64,000 nucleotides of DNA from a virus: positions 12,916 to 76,915 of IMG/VR virus record IMGVR_UViG_3300009408_000002; one strand, given 5' to 3'. The notes beneath the pieces were generated by a model, which saw only the letters and a program-made list of their open reading frames with translations, was not told the origin of the DNA and searched no databases. Shown piece by piece: positions 49,399 to 60,092 of the stretch (positions are counted from its first letter, which is position 1; the number at the start of each line of letters is the position of its first letter). A program made the translations under genes and the position numbers.

Positions 49399-50997
49399 TC
49401 ATCGCACCCTCCGCCTGCCCATCTTCCCGTTCACCCGTTTCGATCCTTCCGGGATGCTGGCCCGCTTGGCACGATTCTCACCCCACTCCCTCAGCACCTC
49501 AATCCTGTCGCCCATTGTCTTGCTCAGCGGGACGATCTCCTTGAAGCCCCGTTCAAGAAACTTCTGCCCAAGCTCCTTGCCCTCATCGAAGGCGAAGAAC
49601 ATGCCCTGGGTGATCGCTTCCTGAATGTCCCCGCCAGTGAATCCCTCAGAAAGATCCGACAGTTTGCCAAGATTGAAACGTCCGGGATCTCTGAACTTCT
49701 CGATGTGAATGCGGCAGATCTCCTTGCGCTCAGCCGCATTCGGCAGATCGATAAAGAAGATCTCATCGAAGCGACCGCCCTTTCTCAGCAACTCAGGCGG
49801 CAGACAGGAGATATCGTTTGCCGTGGCGATGACGAAGACCGGCTTCTTGCGTTCTTGCATCCAGGTCAAGAACGTCCCGAAGACGCGCCTGCTTGTTCCG
49901 CCGTCATGATCCCCGCCCCCGCCGACGCCAGCAAACCCCTTATCGATCTCATCCAAGAACAGGATGCATGGCGCAACAGCTTCAGCGGTCTCGATGACGG
50001 TCCTCATGTTGCGTTCCGACTCGCCAACCAACGAACCGAACACCGCCCCCACATCACACCGGATAAGAGGCAGCCCCCACAACGAGGCAGCAGCCTTGGC
50101 CGAAAGACTCTTGCCACAACCAGGAACACCCAGCATCAAGATCCCTCTCGGAGCGGGCAGCCCGAACTCACGTGCCTCTGGCATGAAAGCCTTCTGCCTG
50201 ATCTTGAGCCACTTCTTGAATAGCTCCAGCCCGCCAACGTCTTCCATGGTTTCCTGCGGCTCCATCAACTCCAGGAGACCAGACTTCTTGATAGCCTGCG
50301 CCTTGTGTCGCGTTATGACTTGTGTGTCGAGCTTGCCCTCCTCGACCAGGCTCAGGGCCAGGACGTTCTCCGTCTCGAAAGAAGTCAGCCCTGATGCCGC
50401 ATCAAGGATGTGCTCCTTCTCGTCTTCGTCCTCACTGATCTCGTTAGACTTGCAGAACTCATCGAGGATCTGACCCAGGCATTCACGATCTGGGAGCGAG
50501 TAGTCAATGACCACGACCTCCTTCTCGATCTCATGAGGGAGCTTGAGCACCGGAGAGATGAACACCATCATGCCGCCGATCATCTTGAGAACGGCAATCG
50601 TGTCCCTTGTCTGACGCACGAGTTCAGGATCGTCCCAGTAGGGATGCATGTCGTTGAAGACGAATAGCAGATTGCCAGACTCGCCCTCTCCATTCGGCTG
50701 CATCGAGCATGCCTTCTCGACCGCATCAATCGGGCTGACAGATCCGTCAACCGCTGTTGGCTCTGGCCAAGCCTGCTGTAGTCCGCGAGTGATTGACCAC
50801 TCGATGAGACCCCCGCATTCCAGCCCATCACCTGGGATCTCATCGCCGGGCTTGAGTCCATTGATCTTTCGAACAGCAGAGATCAGGTCATGCTTGGCTC
50901 GCTGTTCCTCATGGGTGACGAGCATGAGGGCCGGGAAGCTGGCGTTGTAGTGGTTGACGATCTGCTTGCAGAAGCTAGGCATCGTAATCTGCTCCAC
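49399..50997 (-). CDS. Ycf46-family AAA+ ATPase
   Basis: 'THEEQR', '[11 protein letters not shown]', 'GVPGCGKS', 'GESERNMR', 'LDEIDK', '[17 protein letters not shown]'. Confidence 0.92.
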   Translation of the reverse strand: MEQITMPSFCKQIVNHYNASFPALMLVTHEEQRAKHDLISAVRKINGLKPGDEIPGDGLECGGLIEWSITRGLQQAWPEPTAVDGSVSPIDAVEKACSMQPNGEGESGNLLFVFNDMHPYWDDPELVRQTRDTIAVLKMIGGMMVFISPVLKLPHEIEKEVVVIDYSLPDRECLGQILDEFCKSNEISEDEDEKEHILDAASGLTSFETENVLALSLVEEGKLDTQVITRHKAQAIKKSGLLELMEPQETMEDVGGLELFKKWLKIRQKAFMPEAREFGLPAPRGILMLGVPGCGKSLSAKAAASLWGLPLIRCDVGAVFGSLVGESERNMRTVIETAEAVAPCILFLDEIDKGFAGVGGGGDHDGGTSRRVFGTFLTWMQERKKPVFVIATANDISCLPPELLRKGGRFDEIFFIDLPNAAERKEICRIHIEKFRDPGRFNLGKLSDLSEGFTGGDIQEAITQGMFFAFDEGKELGQKFLERGFKEIVPLSKTMGDRIEVLREWGENRAKRASIPEGSKRVNGKMGRRRVR

Positions 50998-51523
50998 AGC
51001 GAGGACATTCGTCTAGGTCCCTTGCTAGCTCTGCCCCATGTTCTTCGCAGTATGAGCATGATTCGTTCTGCTTCTTTTGCCTGTCAGCAAATCTGGCAAG
51101 CCCCTGAATCGACTGTGGCTTACTATAGGACTTGATGATTTCCACTTCGGCCTTCTTCGCCCAGAAGCTGGAACTCCCATCATGAAAGATGAGCAGGAAC
51201 TTCTCGCCGTCTCTGGTTTCAACCGGAGAGACTCGATCATCCCAGTGGGTTGACCCTCTCTCCACTCTGCCGCCGAGGTAGTATGTCCGCCCCTCATACC
51301 GAGCACGACCTGCAACAATCTGTCGCTCGGCCCCACTGCCGCCACCATTATTGCCTTTCTTCTCTCCCGCGTTTGCAAGTGCTTGTTCTGCAATGGCGGC
51401 CTTCCCGGTCCACCACATCTTCTTTTCAGGATCCCATCGGCACCCTAGATTCTTCGCAATGTGTCGATCTCCATAGGACAGACCGCTGAGATAGTGTCGT
51501 CTTCCGATCTTCTCAATTGTCAT
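50975..51523 (-). CDS. Hypothetical protein (N-terminal 'GCRWDP..K.WW' module, C-terminal Zn ribbon)
   Basis: Motifs as stated. Confidence 0.65.
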   Translation of the reverse strand: MTIEKIGRRHYLSGLSYGDRHIAKNLGCRWDPEKKMWWTGKAAIAEQALANAGEKKGNNGGGSGAERQIVAGRARYEGRTYYLGGRVERGSTHWDDRVSPVETRDGEKFLLIFHDGSSSFWAKKAEVEIIKSYSKPQSIQGLARFADRQKKQNESCSYCEEHGAELARDLDECPRCGADYDA

Positions 51524-51738
51524 TCCCTGCCCCCTCTTCTTTCTTCAACCAACTGATCGAAGTCGCTCCGACAGAATGGAGGTGAATCCTGCAACAGATC
51601 GGCGAGTGCTTGACCCGCAGCCATGATCTGATCGACAGAGAACTCGCAGTTATCAATCAGGTAGGACCTCATGGCGGGCCAGCTTCCGATTGGTGCATTG
51701 ATAATCGCCATTAGGACTTCGGCATCTTGCGGGTCCAT
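51520..51738 (-). CDS. Hypothetical protein
   Basis: Coupled ORF. Confidence 0.6.
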   Translation of the reverse strand: MDPQDAEVLMAIINAPIGSWPAMRSYLIDNCEFSVDQIMAAGQALADLLQDSPPFCRSDFDQLVEERRGGRE

Positions 51739-52800
51739 TTACTCGCCCTCCTTCTTGGGCTCCAGCTTCTTCACCTTGCGCTTGCCCATCGACCCGAAGT
51801 TCTTGACAAGCTGATCCACCTCTTCATCGAGGTTGTCCAGCATGGCATCCTTCACCTTCTGCAACTGATTGCCCAGGCCCTTCTTCATTGCCGGGCTGTA
51901 GTCCCCTCCCTCGTGTTGTCCAATAGCCTCCTTGGCCTTGACGATCATCTCGTCTAGTTTGGCGTAGCCCAGAAAGTTCTTCCCATTCAAGGCGTCGAGC
52001 TTCCTCTCAAGCGCCTTGAGGCTTCTACCAGTGAACTTCTTTTTCCCATCACTCAGGAGATCGACAAGGTTGCCCACTGCCTCACCGAACTCTTGAGCCA
52101 GTTGCTTGCCGGCATCCTCCATGAAGCTTGTGACGTGCTTCTTCATCTCCTGTTGCCAGTGTTGCTGTACAGCGATCTTGCTTTCGATATCAGCCTCGAC
52201 CTCCCCCGCCCCCACTTCATCTACCTGAGGGCTGGAGATAGTAAAGACCCGGTATTCAATGCTGAACTTCTTGCGGATCTTCTCGGCAGGTGGGTAGCAG
52301 GCTTCCATCTTCTCGCGGAACTCACCGACTGCCATTACGTCTGCCAGATTGTCTCTGGCGTACTGAGAGAACTTGTCCAGTTGCTCGTCCCGCTGCTTGA
52401 CGTATGTCTCCTCGAAGGCATCGGCCAGGTCGGCATATTGCTGACACAGCGAGTCCAGCAGTTTCTTGAGGGAGAAGAAGCTCTTGGCTGTCACATACTT
52501 CACACTGCGAAGAATCTTGAACTCGATGCCGAGGTGATCCATTGCTGCCCTGGCACGATTCTCCAGATTGACAAAACCCTTGAGTGATTCAGCCGGCAGC
52601 AACTTCTTGGTGCCCGGCCTGAACAGTTCCAGGAACTCTGCCTCCTTCTCCGGGTTGTCGAATTCGATCCCCAGTTCACGCAGCGATAGCAGCTTCCTCG
52701 CCCCCCATCGGGAGGCAGTAAGGGAAACCAGATATCCGTGCTTCCACAGGTCATCGAGCCCCACTTCTTGATCGACTTTGCTGTCAGATTCGTCAGCCAT
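51739..52800 (-). CDS. DUF3150-like protein
   Basis: 'LVSL..SRWG.RK.L..ELG...PG.KKLLP...F..LE.RAR...YPP.E.IR.KF'. Confidence 0.6.
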   Translation of the reverse strand: MADESDSKVDQEVGLDDLWKHGYLVSLTASRWGARKLLSLRELGIEFDNPEKEAEFLELFRPGTKKLLPAESLKGFVNLENRARAAMDHLGIEFKILRSVKYVTAKSFFSLKKLLDSLCQQYADLADAFEETYVKQRDEQLDKFSQYARDNLADVMAVGEFREKMEACYPPAEKIRKKFSIEYRVFTISSPQVDEVGAGEVEADIESKIAVQQHWQQEMKKHVTSFMEDAGKQLAQEFGEAVGNLVDLLSDGKKKFTGRSLKALERKLDALNGKNFLGYAKLDEMIVKAKEAIGQHEGGDYSPAMKKGLGNQLQKVKDAMLDNLDEEVDQLVKNFGSMGKRKVKKLEPKKEGE

Positions 52801-52820
52801 TTCGTCCATCCTCCAGGGAA

Positions 52821-52862
52821 TAAAAGAGGGCGTCACGAAGCCTTGACCGTCGTGACGCCCTC
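52821..52862 (-). terminator. Intrinsic terminator/attenuator after the ParB-like gene
   Basis: 13-bp stem GAGGGCGTCACGA/TCGTGACGCCCTC followed by TTTTA on - strand. Confidence 0.6.
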
Positions 52863-52885
52863 ACCACCACTTCAGGGGATGCTGT

Positions 52886-53749
52886 TTACTTCTTCGGGAG
52901 AAGTCGCTCCTTGCTCAGGAAGTTTCTGACGGTGGCCCAACTGGCCCCGTAGGGGTCACCCTTGAAACCACAGACGCGAGCCATGCCAGCCACGACCGCC
53001 TTCCCGTAATCGTCGATCTTCCCGCCCTCACAAGCCTCGAAGACATCCTGGACCTGAACCTTGATGGCCTTCCGCCCCAGGTAGCTCAGTGGCTTGTGGC
53101 CGCCCTCCTCGTCCTTCACGTCCTTGATGGCCTTGTTGGGGGACTTGCCCCCCTTGACCTTCTGCACCACCTTGGACTGTCCTTCCTTCGACAGGCGGCT
53201 CGCCTCCACTGCCGCACTGTTGGGGATCTCCCCTCCCTTGCTCGCCTCTTTCAGATCCTCGCCGGCTTGCTTGGCGAACTGGCAGGCGTGGTTGATGAAC
53301 TGCATGGGTCGGCCCAGTTTCTTCGCGGCCTGCTTGCGAGTCATCTTGAACTGCTTCATCAGGGCGACAACTGCATCAGCGATCTCTGCCTCGGTCAGGT
53401 CCTCTCGGTTGAGATTCTCCTGGAGGTTGACGAGGTGCAGTTCGTCATCACTCGCGTTGTCCAGGTAGGACACGATAACCATGCTCTGAAAGGTGGGCCG
53501 CTTCTTGCGGATCTCAGAGATTGCCGCATAGCGGCGAAAGCCGCTGACCAGGTTGTACTTGATGCTTGCCCCCCGCCCCGTACGATTTACCACAAGTGGT
53601 GGCAACGGTGCTCCGGCCTTGTAATCGTGGATCAGGACCGACAGGTCGCCGAGGTCCTTGCGACAGTTGAAGTCTTCGGGAACTAGGACGCTCTCGAATG
53701 GGATGCTAACCATCTGCTGGCCAGCGGTCTTCAGCGTTGCGGTTGCCAT
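52886..53749 (-). CDS. ParB-like protein
   Basis: 'FNCR', 'PLVV', 'SGFRRYAA', 'ENLNREDL', HTH. Confidence 0.88.
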   Translation of the reverse strand: MATATLKTAGQQMVSIPFESVLVPEDFNCRKDLGDLSVLIHDYKAGAPLPPLVVNRTGRGASIKYNLVSGFRRYAAISEIRKKRPTFQSMVIVSYLDNASDDELHLVNLQENLNREDLTEAEIADAVVALMKQFKMTRKQAAKKLGRPMQFINHACQFAKQAGEDLKEASKGGEIPNSAAVEASRLSKEGQSKVVQKVKGGKSPNKAIKDVKDEEGGHKPLSYLGRKAIKVQVQDVFEACEGGKIDDYGKAVVAGMARVCGFKGDPYGASWATVRNFLSKERLLPKK

Positions 53750-53782
53750 GATTCCTCCTCTTTCAATTGGATTGACGACCCG

Positions 53783-53810
53783 AATCTACAGCGGATCGAC
53801 TGCTTGTCAA
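53783..53810 (-). promoter_or_regulatory. Sigma70-like promoter for the ParB-Ycf46 operon
   Basis: TTGACA-N16-TAGATT on - strand upstream of SD GAGGAGG. Confidence 0.55.
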
Positions 53811-53861
53811 GAAACTGTATTGCTTGTTTTTGCCACGACTCTAGGCGTCGGGCCTTACTGT

Positions 53862-54104
53862 TCACGAGATGACAACTGCCTCTTGGATATCGTCATCATC
53901 GTCCAGGAACTCTTCGTCATCAACAACCGTTCTTTGCTTCCAGCCCTCGCTTCCGCCGCTGAAGACCTTCCCCACTTCGACGCTAGGGAAAACGGCTTCT
54001 GTTGTTGACGTATAGTCTCGGCGAGGGTGGCCAACCACCACCTGCAAGTCGGGAGGGTATTGGCCAAGCTTCCTGATTAGATCACGCACTGTCATGCCTG
54101 CCAT
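53862..54104 (-). CDS. Small phage protein ('MTVRDLI..L..YPPD')
   Basis: Common phage small-protein N-terminus; acidic tail. Confidence 0.65.
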   Translation of the reverse strand: MAGMTVRDLIRKLGQYPPDLQVVVGHPRRDYTSTTEAVFPSVEVGKVFSGGSEGWKQRTVVDDEEFLDDDDDIQEAVVIS

Positions 54105-54116
54105 TTATTCTGCCCC

Positions 54117-54689
54117 CTAGTAGGGGTCTCGGTAACTCTCGTAATCGATGTCTGGTTCTCCGGGTATCTCCTCCCAGTCGTCTGGCTCGACAATGAACAC
54201 TGCGCCTTCACGCCCACCGTCCCATGCGATAACATTTGCGATCCCGTCTACTAGGCCGACCTTCTCCCCGGAAAGGTATTCGGTAATCACCTCCCGGAGA
54301 CCGGCCTCGTTTTGCCGGATTAGGCCCGAGGGAATACCGGGAAATTCGATTCTTACTTGCCCGTGAACAGTGACGGACTCCCTCGGAGGTAGAGGCCGGG
54401 ACGCGATGTTGTTGGGGTAGTCTCCAGGATCATCCCAGTGCTCGACCTCGGCTGACAGATCATTCTGTGTGACCCTGATTGCTCCGTAGAAATTCCGATC
54501 AGCGTCGCAGAATCCAGTCAGGTCGCAGACTGGGCACCCAGTATAGTCTGGCATTCGCCCCCTTCCATCGCACCATTCGCAGGTCTCGATCTTATGTCTT
54601 ATGGCAAGCGTGGCCAGCCTTGCCCGGCAAGGGGTTGCCCCGCTTTCCTCTAGGCAAAGCATCGCCAGCCTCAGCGCCAAGGTGCTCAT
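54117..54689 (-). CDS. Hypothetical protein with CxxCxG motifs
   Basis: 'CEWCDGRG...CPVCDLTG'. Confidence 0.6.
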   Translation of the reverse strand: MSTLALRLAMLCLEESGATPCRARLATLAIRHKIETCEWCDGRGRMPDYTGCPVCDLTGFCDADRNFYGAIRVTQNDLSAEVEHWDDPGDYPNNIASRPLPPRESVTVHGQVRIEFPGIPSGLIRQNEAGLREVITEYLSGEKVGLVDGIANVIAWDGGREGAVFIVEPDDWEEIPGEPDIDYESYRDPY

Positions 54690-54881
54690 GAGATCACCAC
54701 GCCCCCCCCCCTCTCAAACTCCTCAATGATCGCATTGTTGTAGTATTCGATCACCTCTTCGTAGACTCCCGGAACCTTGAGGAGATCGCTTGGGCAGGCG
54801 CAGTCTAGATTCATGACCCGCTCCAGCATTTCTCTCCACTCCTCATAGGAGATCGCATCGAGATCCACCTTGCTCTTGCCC

Positions 54882-55391
54882 TCACTCATTTTCTTCCCTC
54901 TTGAGGATTCGACTAACCTCGAAAGACAACTCCCCGATAAGATCCCAACCGGACCCATTCTCTACGGCCTCCTTCGCCCGGCGAAACTCTTCCTTGGCGT
55001 AGCTGTATTCGCTCGATAACTTCGCGGCATTCTCAAGCCAGGCGTTCTTGCTGGCGAGGCGCACCCTCTTCTCGTTGCGCTTCTCTCTTGCGCCCAGGTA
55101 GCAGCAGGCAAATTGATCTCGCCACTGCTTGTGATCGAAGTGCATCTTGGTGCTGTCGTAGCCAATGAGGAACCGATACTCGTCGCACCCATGAGTCACG
55201 TTGAGATGGTACATCCCGTACTCGTATCGCCAGTAAATCTTGCATTCAGGCATTGCCTTCTCGACGGCAGTTGCCATCCGCTTGGAGATCCGCTTCCCAT
55301 CAAACTTCTTGAGGATCTTGGATACGGCATCGGGGATCTCCCCCGGCTCGATTTTATCCAGGATGAGATCCCTCAGCTTGTCGCTATTCAC
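54882..55391 (-). CDS. Hypothetical protein
   Basis: Coupled ORF. Confidence 0.65.
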   Translation of the reverse strand: MNSDKLRDLILDKIEPGEIPDAVSKILKKFDGKRISKRMATAVEKAMPECKIYWRYEYGMYHLNVTHGCDEYRFLIGYDSTKMHFDHKQWRDQFACCYLGAREKRNEKRVRLASKNAWLENAAKLSSEYSYAKEEFRRAKEAVENGSGWDLIGELSFEVSRILKREENE

Positions 55392-55608
55392 TAACTGCCC
55401 CCTCTCTGGATCTTCCTTAGAGCCGTGTCGATATGAGAATCATTCAGGTACAAGTAGCACTTCTTGAACCATGCCTGGACTGCTTCGCGATCTACGTGGC
55501 CATTGACTCGCCACACAGCATCCCAGCGATCACGCATTGTCTCGCCCAGGTCTTCTCCGCTCAACAGCCGTACCAATTCCCCGTAATCATCGTCTCGCAT
55601 CTTCATGG

Positions 55609-56169
55609 CTAAGTGTGGATACTCCAGAACCTCGGCTGATTCAGGCAGACCGAGAATGTCTCCTCGCCACCCGCCCCGTGATACAGCAATCCACCATTGA
55701 AGGCGAACTCGTAGTAGAACGTCTTTGTTCCAACTGCTGGGTCGTACCGACTCGCCGTGGTCGAATAGTTGTTCCAGAGATCGGGGTGAGAGCTGAGGCT
55801 CTTATCGGTGCTCTCCGTCCCAGACATCCTGAACCACCCGATGCTAAACCCGTGGCGAGTCCCATCATCATGGAGCATGATTTTGTAGGCTGGCACTGCC
55901 TTCTCAATCCCCGCCCCCAGACTGACCTCCTTCTCGCCCCCATAGTTGTCCAGATACTTCAGACGGTCGCTGAAGTCCTGGAGCATAGCTTCAGCGAACT
56001 CTGCCTTGCCGGCATCGCGAAGGCCATCGATGTACCCCAGAACAGCATAGAAGCGACTGCGCCCCATCTGGGAGAAACAGATATTTCTCAACTGCTCGTC
56101 GCAGTTGACGTACCCTGCCGTCAATGGGAACTGGAAAATCGCCTTGTCCGGCTTCGTGGTGGTCGGCAT
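55609..56169 (-). CDS. DUF4120-like protein
   Basis: C-terminal 'NGGLLYHG...FSV.L....WSIHT'. Confidence 0.65.
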   Translation of the reverse strand: MPTTTKPDKAIFQFPLTAGYVNCDEQLRNICFSQMGRSRFYAVLGYIDGLRDAGKAEFAEAMLQDFSDRLKYLDNYGGEKEVSLGAGIEKAVPAYKIMLHDDGTRHGFSIGWFRMSGTESTDKSLSSHPDLWNNYSTTASRYDPAVGTKTFYYEFAFNGGLLYHGAGGEETFSVCLNQPRFWSIHT

Positions 56170-56864
56170 TAGTTGTCATCTCCGCATGTGATAGAGAGAA
56201 TTTCCATCTTGGTCAGGCCGTAGGCCATTGCTTGCAGCGCCAGCATGGCCCCGAGTTGTTCCTTGGATTCCGCCTTGCGATGAATCGTAACCACCTCTGT
56301 TTCCGTCGTCACGAGTTGGCCCTGCTGGCGGATCGTCACTACGTAGTCGTGCATCCTTGTAGCCGTCAGATACTTGCTCACATCCTTGGGCAGTTTCTTG
56401 AGCGTGGTCATCGGGTCTCCCCGTTATGGTGGGGCCTTTTCGCATTCCGAAACTCACGGTACTTGGGCTTCCGAACGTCGATCAGGGGATCGCCCCTATG
56501 ATTCCGGCTTCGGCGATTCTTGCGCCTCCAGTCCTTGAGCTTCTGATCACGAGGCGAGATCATGCTATGCCGGCCTCCTTCCAGGCCAGATCCATCGGGC
56601 TCCCTTGTTCAGCGCAGTAATCATGTGATTTGAGGGCGCTGAGGTACTGCACCCACAAGTGCCAGAGGTAGAGTCCCCCCTCCAGGTTGACCCAATAGTT
56701 TAGGCCACCGACCCACGCCAAGATCAGGTGTTCATGACGCGAGTAGTCCCACTCGTCGTTACTTGCCCCTATGGTGGCTGCCATAAGGAGCCTCTTTATG
56801 GAATCGTAATCGTAATTCCCGGACCCATCACGATCAGACGCGAGGAGGTTTTCTCCGCGTGAAT

Positions 56865-57287
56865 TCATGCCTGCCCTCCCAGCACGGACCTCAGCCGCTT
56901 TATCTCCTTGTCGAGTTCTCCCGATGCTTGGCCAATGAGATCGCCGACTAGTTCTTCGCGATACTCCGGGGAGCAATCCGACTCCACACCAAAACAAGAA
57001 GCCTCACCCTTGATCCCTTGCCAGTCAACGACGATAGAGATTACCTCTGCGTACCACTCGCCCCGGTTGAACGACTCCATTCGTTCATAGGCTTCCTGGC
57101 CGAACTCAGGACTTGATGGCATGAAGAACTCGAACTCCCCCCTCCCTGGATTTTGCCTCGTGATACATCCTTCGCTCCACTTGCCGACGTATTCTCCGTA
57201 CATATCAGCAAGAAGCGGATAGATGTCCGTCTCGGTCTTGATGATGGCGATTCGGCCATCCCCCAGATCCCTCTTCTCGGTGCTCAT
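56865..57287 (-). CDS. Hypothetical early protein
   Basis: SD GGAGG; ORF. Confidence 0.65.
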   Translation of the reverse strand: MSTEKRDLGDGRIAIIKTETDIYPLLADMYGEYVGKWSEGCITRQNPGRGEFEFFMPSSPEFGQEAYERMESFNRGEWYAEVISIVVDWQGIKGEASCFGVESDCSPEYREELVGDLIGQASGELDKEIKRLRSVLGGQA

Positions 57288-57418
57288 CCTATGCCTCCAC
57301 CTTGATCGAATGAATCAGCTCGATCAGCAAACTGTCAGGTTCGCCGAGACCGCTGTTTGCTTGACACCCCTTTGTCTTGCGGGCCCAAGGACAATCTGGA
57401 CTGCTTGGCGAAGCGTCA

Positions 57419-58078
57419 TCAGAAACTCCTCAGTGCCATGACCACGATATAAACATCCTCGTCACTTGGCTTTAGAACGACAGCCTCAAAGCGAGGATGA
57501 CGGGCGGCTGCCAACGCCCCCCTGGTATTGAGATCCACATGGCGGATCCTCCGCGCGTCGAACTTCAGGCCCAACAAATCCATCTCTGGCATGTGAGGTT
57601 CTCGTATCATTTGATGACCGGCTCGCCATTCCCGGCCCGCCTCAAGGGCAGCGTGCTTCTTCTCCCCTCGCGGTGCCAGCTTGGAAGCGGCCTTCTCGCA
57701 GACCACCCTGTCGTGGTTCCACTTCTTCATTAGCCGGCCCCAAGACGCATGAGCTTCTCGCCACTCCTCCGAGAGTTGCTTGCTATCTTGACGTATCTGT
57801 TTGCCCAAGGTGGCGTCGAGAACAAGATCCCATGGAGCCCTGATCGTCTCCAGCTTTGTCACCCGAACTGGATAGGACTTCCAACTACAGTGCAGCGTCC
57901 CATCCTTCATGAGATACATGCCTTCTTCCAGGATCGTCTTGCAGTATGCAAGGCTTACCCCGTCCGTGGCATAAGCACATCCGCCCTTCACGAGCATGTA
58001 CTTATGGAGATCCTTCGCATGCTCAGACGACTGGACCCCGCCCCGGAGAAGTTTGTGTAGTGGTTTCTTGACCGTCAT
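57419..58078 (-). CDS. Hypothetical protein (beta-clamp-like fragments 'YATDG', 'IVVMALR')
   Basis: ORF; weak motif resemblance only. Confidence 0.45.
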   Translation of the reverse strand: MTVKKPLHKLLRGGVQSSEHAKDLHKYMLVKGGCAYATDGVSLAYCKTILEEGMYLMKDGTLHCSWKSYPVRVTKLETIRAPWDLVLDATLGKQIRQDSKQLSEEWREAHASWGRLMKKWNHDRVVCEKAASKLAPRGEKKHAALEAGREWRAGHQMIREPHMPEMDLLGLKFDARRIRHVDLNTRGALAAARHPRFEAVVLKPSDEDVYIVVMALRSF

Positions 58079-58647
58079 GGATTCATCCCCAGTGTTTTCT
58101 TGGCTTCGCGCCATATCTTGCCGCCCATGAACGGATGAACGATTGAATTCTCGTTGGGGTATACGCAACGAGGATCTACATTGCGATTCGTCTCGAAGGC
58201 CCACGCCACCAGGTAATCCCCAACCACTCTCAAGAATTCCTGCCTTTCCGGGTCCGTCTCGAAGGACCGATACCACCAAGGCCCTCCGGCCCTACGATGA
58301 TCCACCCCCTTGAACCAGAAGAACAGGCCGAATGGGCCATCATGTTTTTTAGCGAGGATCATTGCTGGCCTCGCCGCAGGTCACGCTAAGGAACTTATCC
58401 ACCGCCATCTTTGCTTGCCGGAGGATGCAGTTGCTTCTGCGATGTACCCGACCGATCGCATCAATTTTGCTGGCGAGAGCCTTACGTTCTTCATCTGGAG
58501 TCAGGACCGGAAGGTCAAGTAGATCCAGGATGGCGTCTAGCCTTTCAGGGAGGTGATATGAGGCTTCTGAACTTTCGAAGCCCTCCATGTACTGGTCCCC
58601 CTTCAAGACGGATGAGATGCAGGAGATAACCTCTATGATTCGCTCCA

Positions 58648-59055
58648 TCATCGCCGCCTCGTTTCGTATTCGTACTCCTCGACGAGACTGGTCAGTGCCT
58701 CCTGAAAGATGTCTCCGATATACTCCTTGATCTCGTTCCGGTCTCGTCCCTTCACCAGAAGGTCGATGCCGTATGCCAGGCTAGGACGCACGACTACTTC
58801 ATGGGAAGTCCACCCCGCATAACCAGCCTCGTTCATGTGGTGATACTCCGTGTGGAGCACCAACCGATCAGCAGTAGACTTCGCGACAATAAGAGTTGTT
58901 CCGCTATCGAAACCTGCCCCCGAAGGGAGATGGTTCTTGCAGAAGTATTCGACGGCGGCGAGATGTTTTGAGGCCCAGTCTTTTGACGCCGCCCCAAGGG
59001 ATCGGTGATAGGCCCCCACTTTCCTGGCCAATGCAACGTATAGCTTGATCTTCAT
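58648..59055 (-). CDS. Conserved phage hypothetical protein
   Basis: 'LPSGAGFDSG...HHMNE.GY.GWT.H...V.PSL'. Confidence 0.65.
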   Translation of the reverse strand: MKIKLYVALARKVGAYHRSLGAASKDWASKHLAAVEYFCKNHLPSGAGFDSGTTLIVAKSTADRLVLHTEYHHMNEAGYAGWTSHEVVVRPSLAYGIDLLVKGRDRNEIKEYIGDIFQEALTSLVEEYEYETRRR

Positions 59056-59501
59056 CTTGTATCTCCCTCGATCTCCTCCATCTTCCAGAACGGTGGGAGA
59101 GACTCAGTCACCATGACGGTGTACATCCGGTTGATAACCTTCAGAGGCACGTCATGTAGCTGTCTCTTGAGGGCCAGATTGGTGCCGCAATGCACCTGGA
59201 TGATTGTGGGGACGATCCCATACATGCTAGCAGCCAGCATGTATGGTCCGATTTCCCACGCATGGATGTTTGTGTTGTCCACGACAATGAGCCCCGGCCA
59301 TTCTTGCAGTAACCGGAGATACTTCTGGAAGCAAGCGGCATGGGCTTCGGAGAGCTTGGACGGGTCGAAGTTGTAGCCCCCATCTTCTGTCCTGAAATAA
59401 TCGTCAGCGGAACAGATCGCAGCCCCTTCTTGCGACCTTGCCCAGTGGGATTTTCCAGATCCCGGAATGCCTCTCATCACATAGACTCTTGTGATTGTCA
59501 T
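59052..59501 (-). CDS. P-loop kinase, N4BP2/polynucleotide-kinase-like (AAA_33)
   Basis: 'MRGIPGSGKS', 'SADDYF', 'AHAAC', 'VDNTN', 'R..HDVP'. Confidence 0.85.
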   Translation of the reverse strand: MTITRVYVMRGIPGSGKSHWARSQEGAAICSADDYFRTEDGGYNFDPSKLSEAHAACFQKYLRLLQEWPGLIVVDNTNIHAWEIGPYMLAASMYGIVPTIIQVHCGTNLALKRQLHDVPLKVINRMYTVMVTESLPPFWKMEEIEGDTR

Positions 59502-59772
59502 GATGCCTCCATGATCATCGTCTCTGTCGCGGCATCCCGCCCCCCGTATCCCCCGCACAGATCGCAAGCTGGGTTATCACAACACGGGATCAACGATCCG
59601 CCGCTCACTGCTTCGTGACGCTTGAGGTATGTCTTGACTGCGCCGATGCCGCGAAGGATTGCATACTTCGGGAACTTCACTTCATACAGGCCGTGCTCGA
59701 TCTGATGAACACGCCCCACACCGTCCCGACATCTAAACCAGAAACCGAAACCCCCCGTACCCCGCCCCCCAC

Positions 59773-60018
59773 TCATCGTTCACTCCGGTGGATGAAGGAG
59801 GTCCTGGACGACTCGGGGTCAGTGTTGCGCACCAGGCGTCGCTGATAGTCGAGCCGATCAATCTCGTACTCCTGATTCTCCTTGTTGCGCCGACTCGCCC
59901 GCTTCTGGAACTCGTTACGGCTGTGCTCCTGGCGCCGCTTCTTGCGACGGTACAGTTTGACTTCGGCGTTGTGCTGGATTCGAAGATACGCGATCTGCTG
60001 CTTGGTGAGATACTTCAT
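59773..60018 (-). CDS. Basic hypothetical protein
   Basis: SD GGAAGG; ORF. Confidence 0.55.
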   Translation of the reverse strand: MKYLTKQQIAYLRIQHNAEVKLYRRKKRRQEHSRNEFQKRASRRNKENQEYEIDRLDYQRRLVRNTDPESSRTSFIHRSER

Positions 60019-60092
60019 TGGACCTTCCCCTTGAAGGTGGTGATTACCGCCGGATACAAGCCCCCGGCGTAGGCTGCTGATTGATTGATTTG

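Noticed and set aside
49399-50997. AAA ATPase as the sigma54 activator ('EGFTGG' resembling GAFTGA)
   Set aside because: The motif lies in the post-SRH lid position common to classical AAA proteins; the protein is Ycf46-like, not NtrC-like
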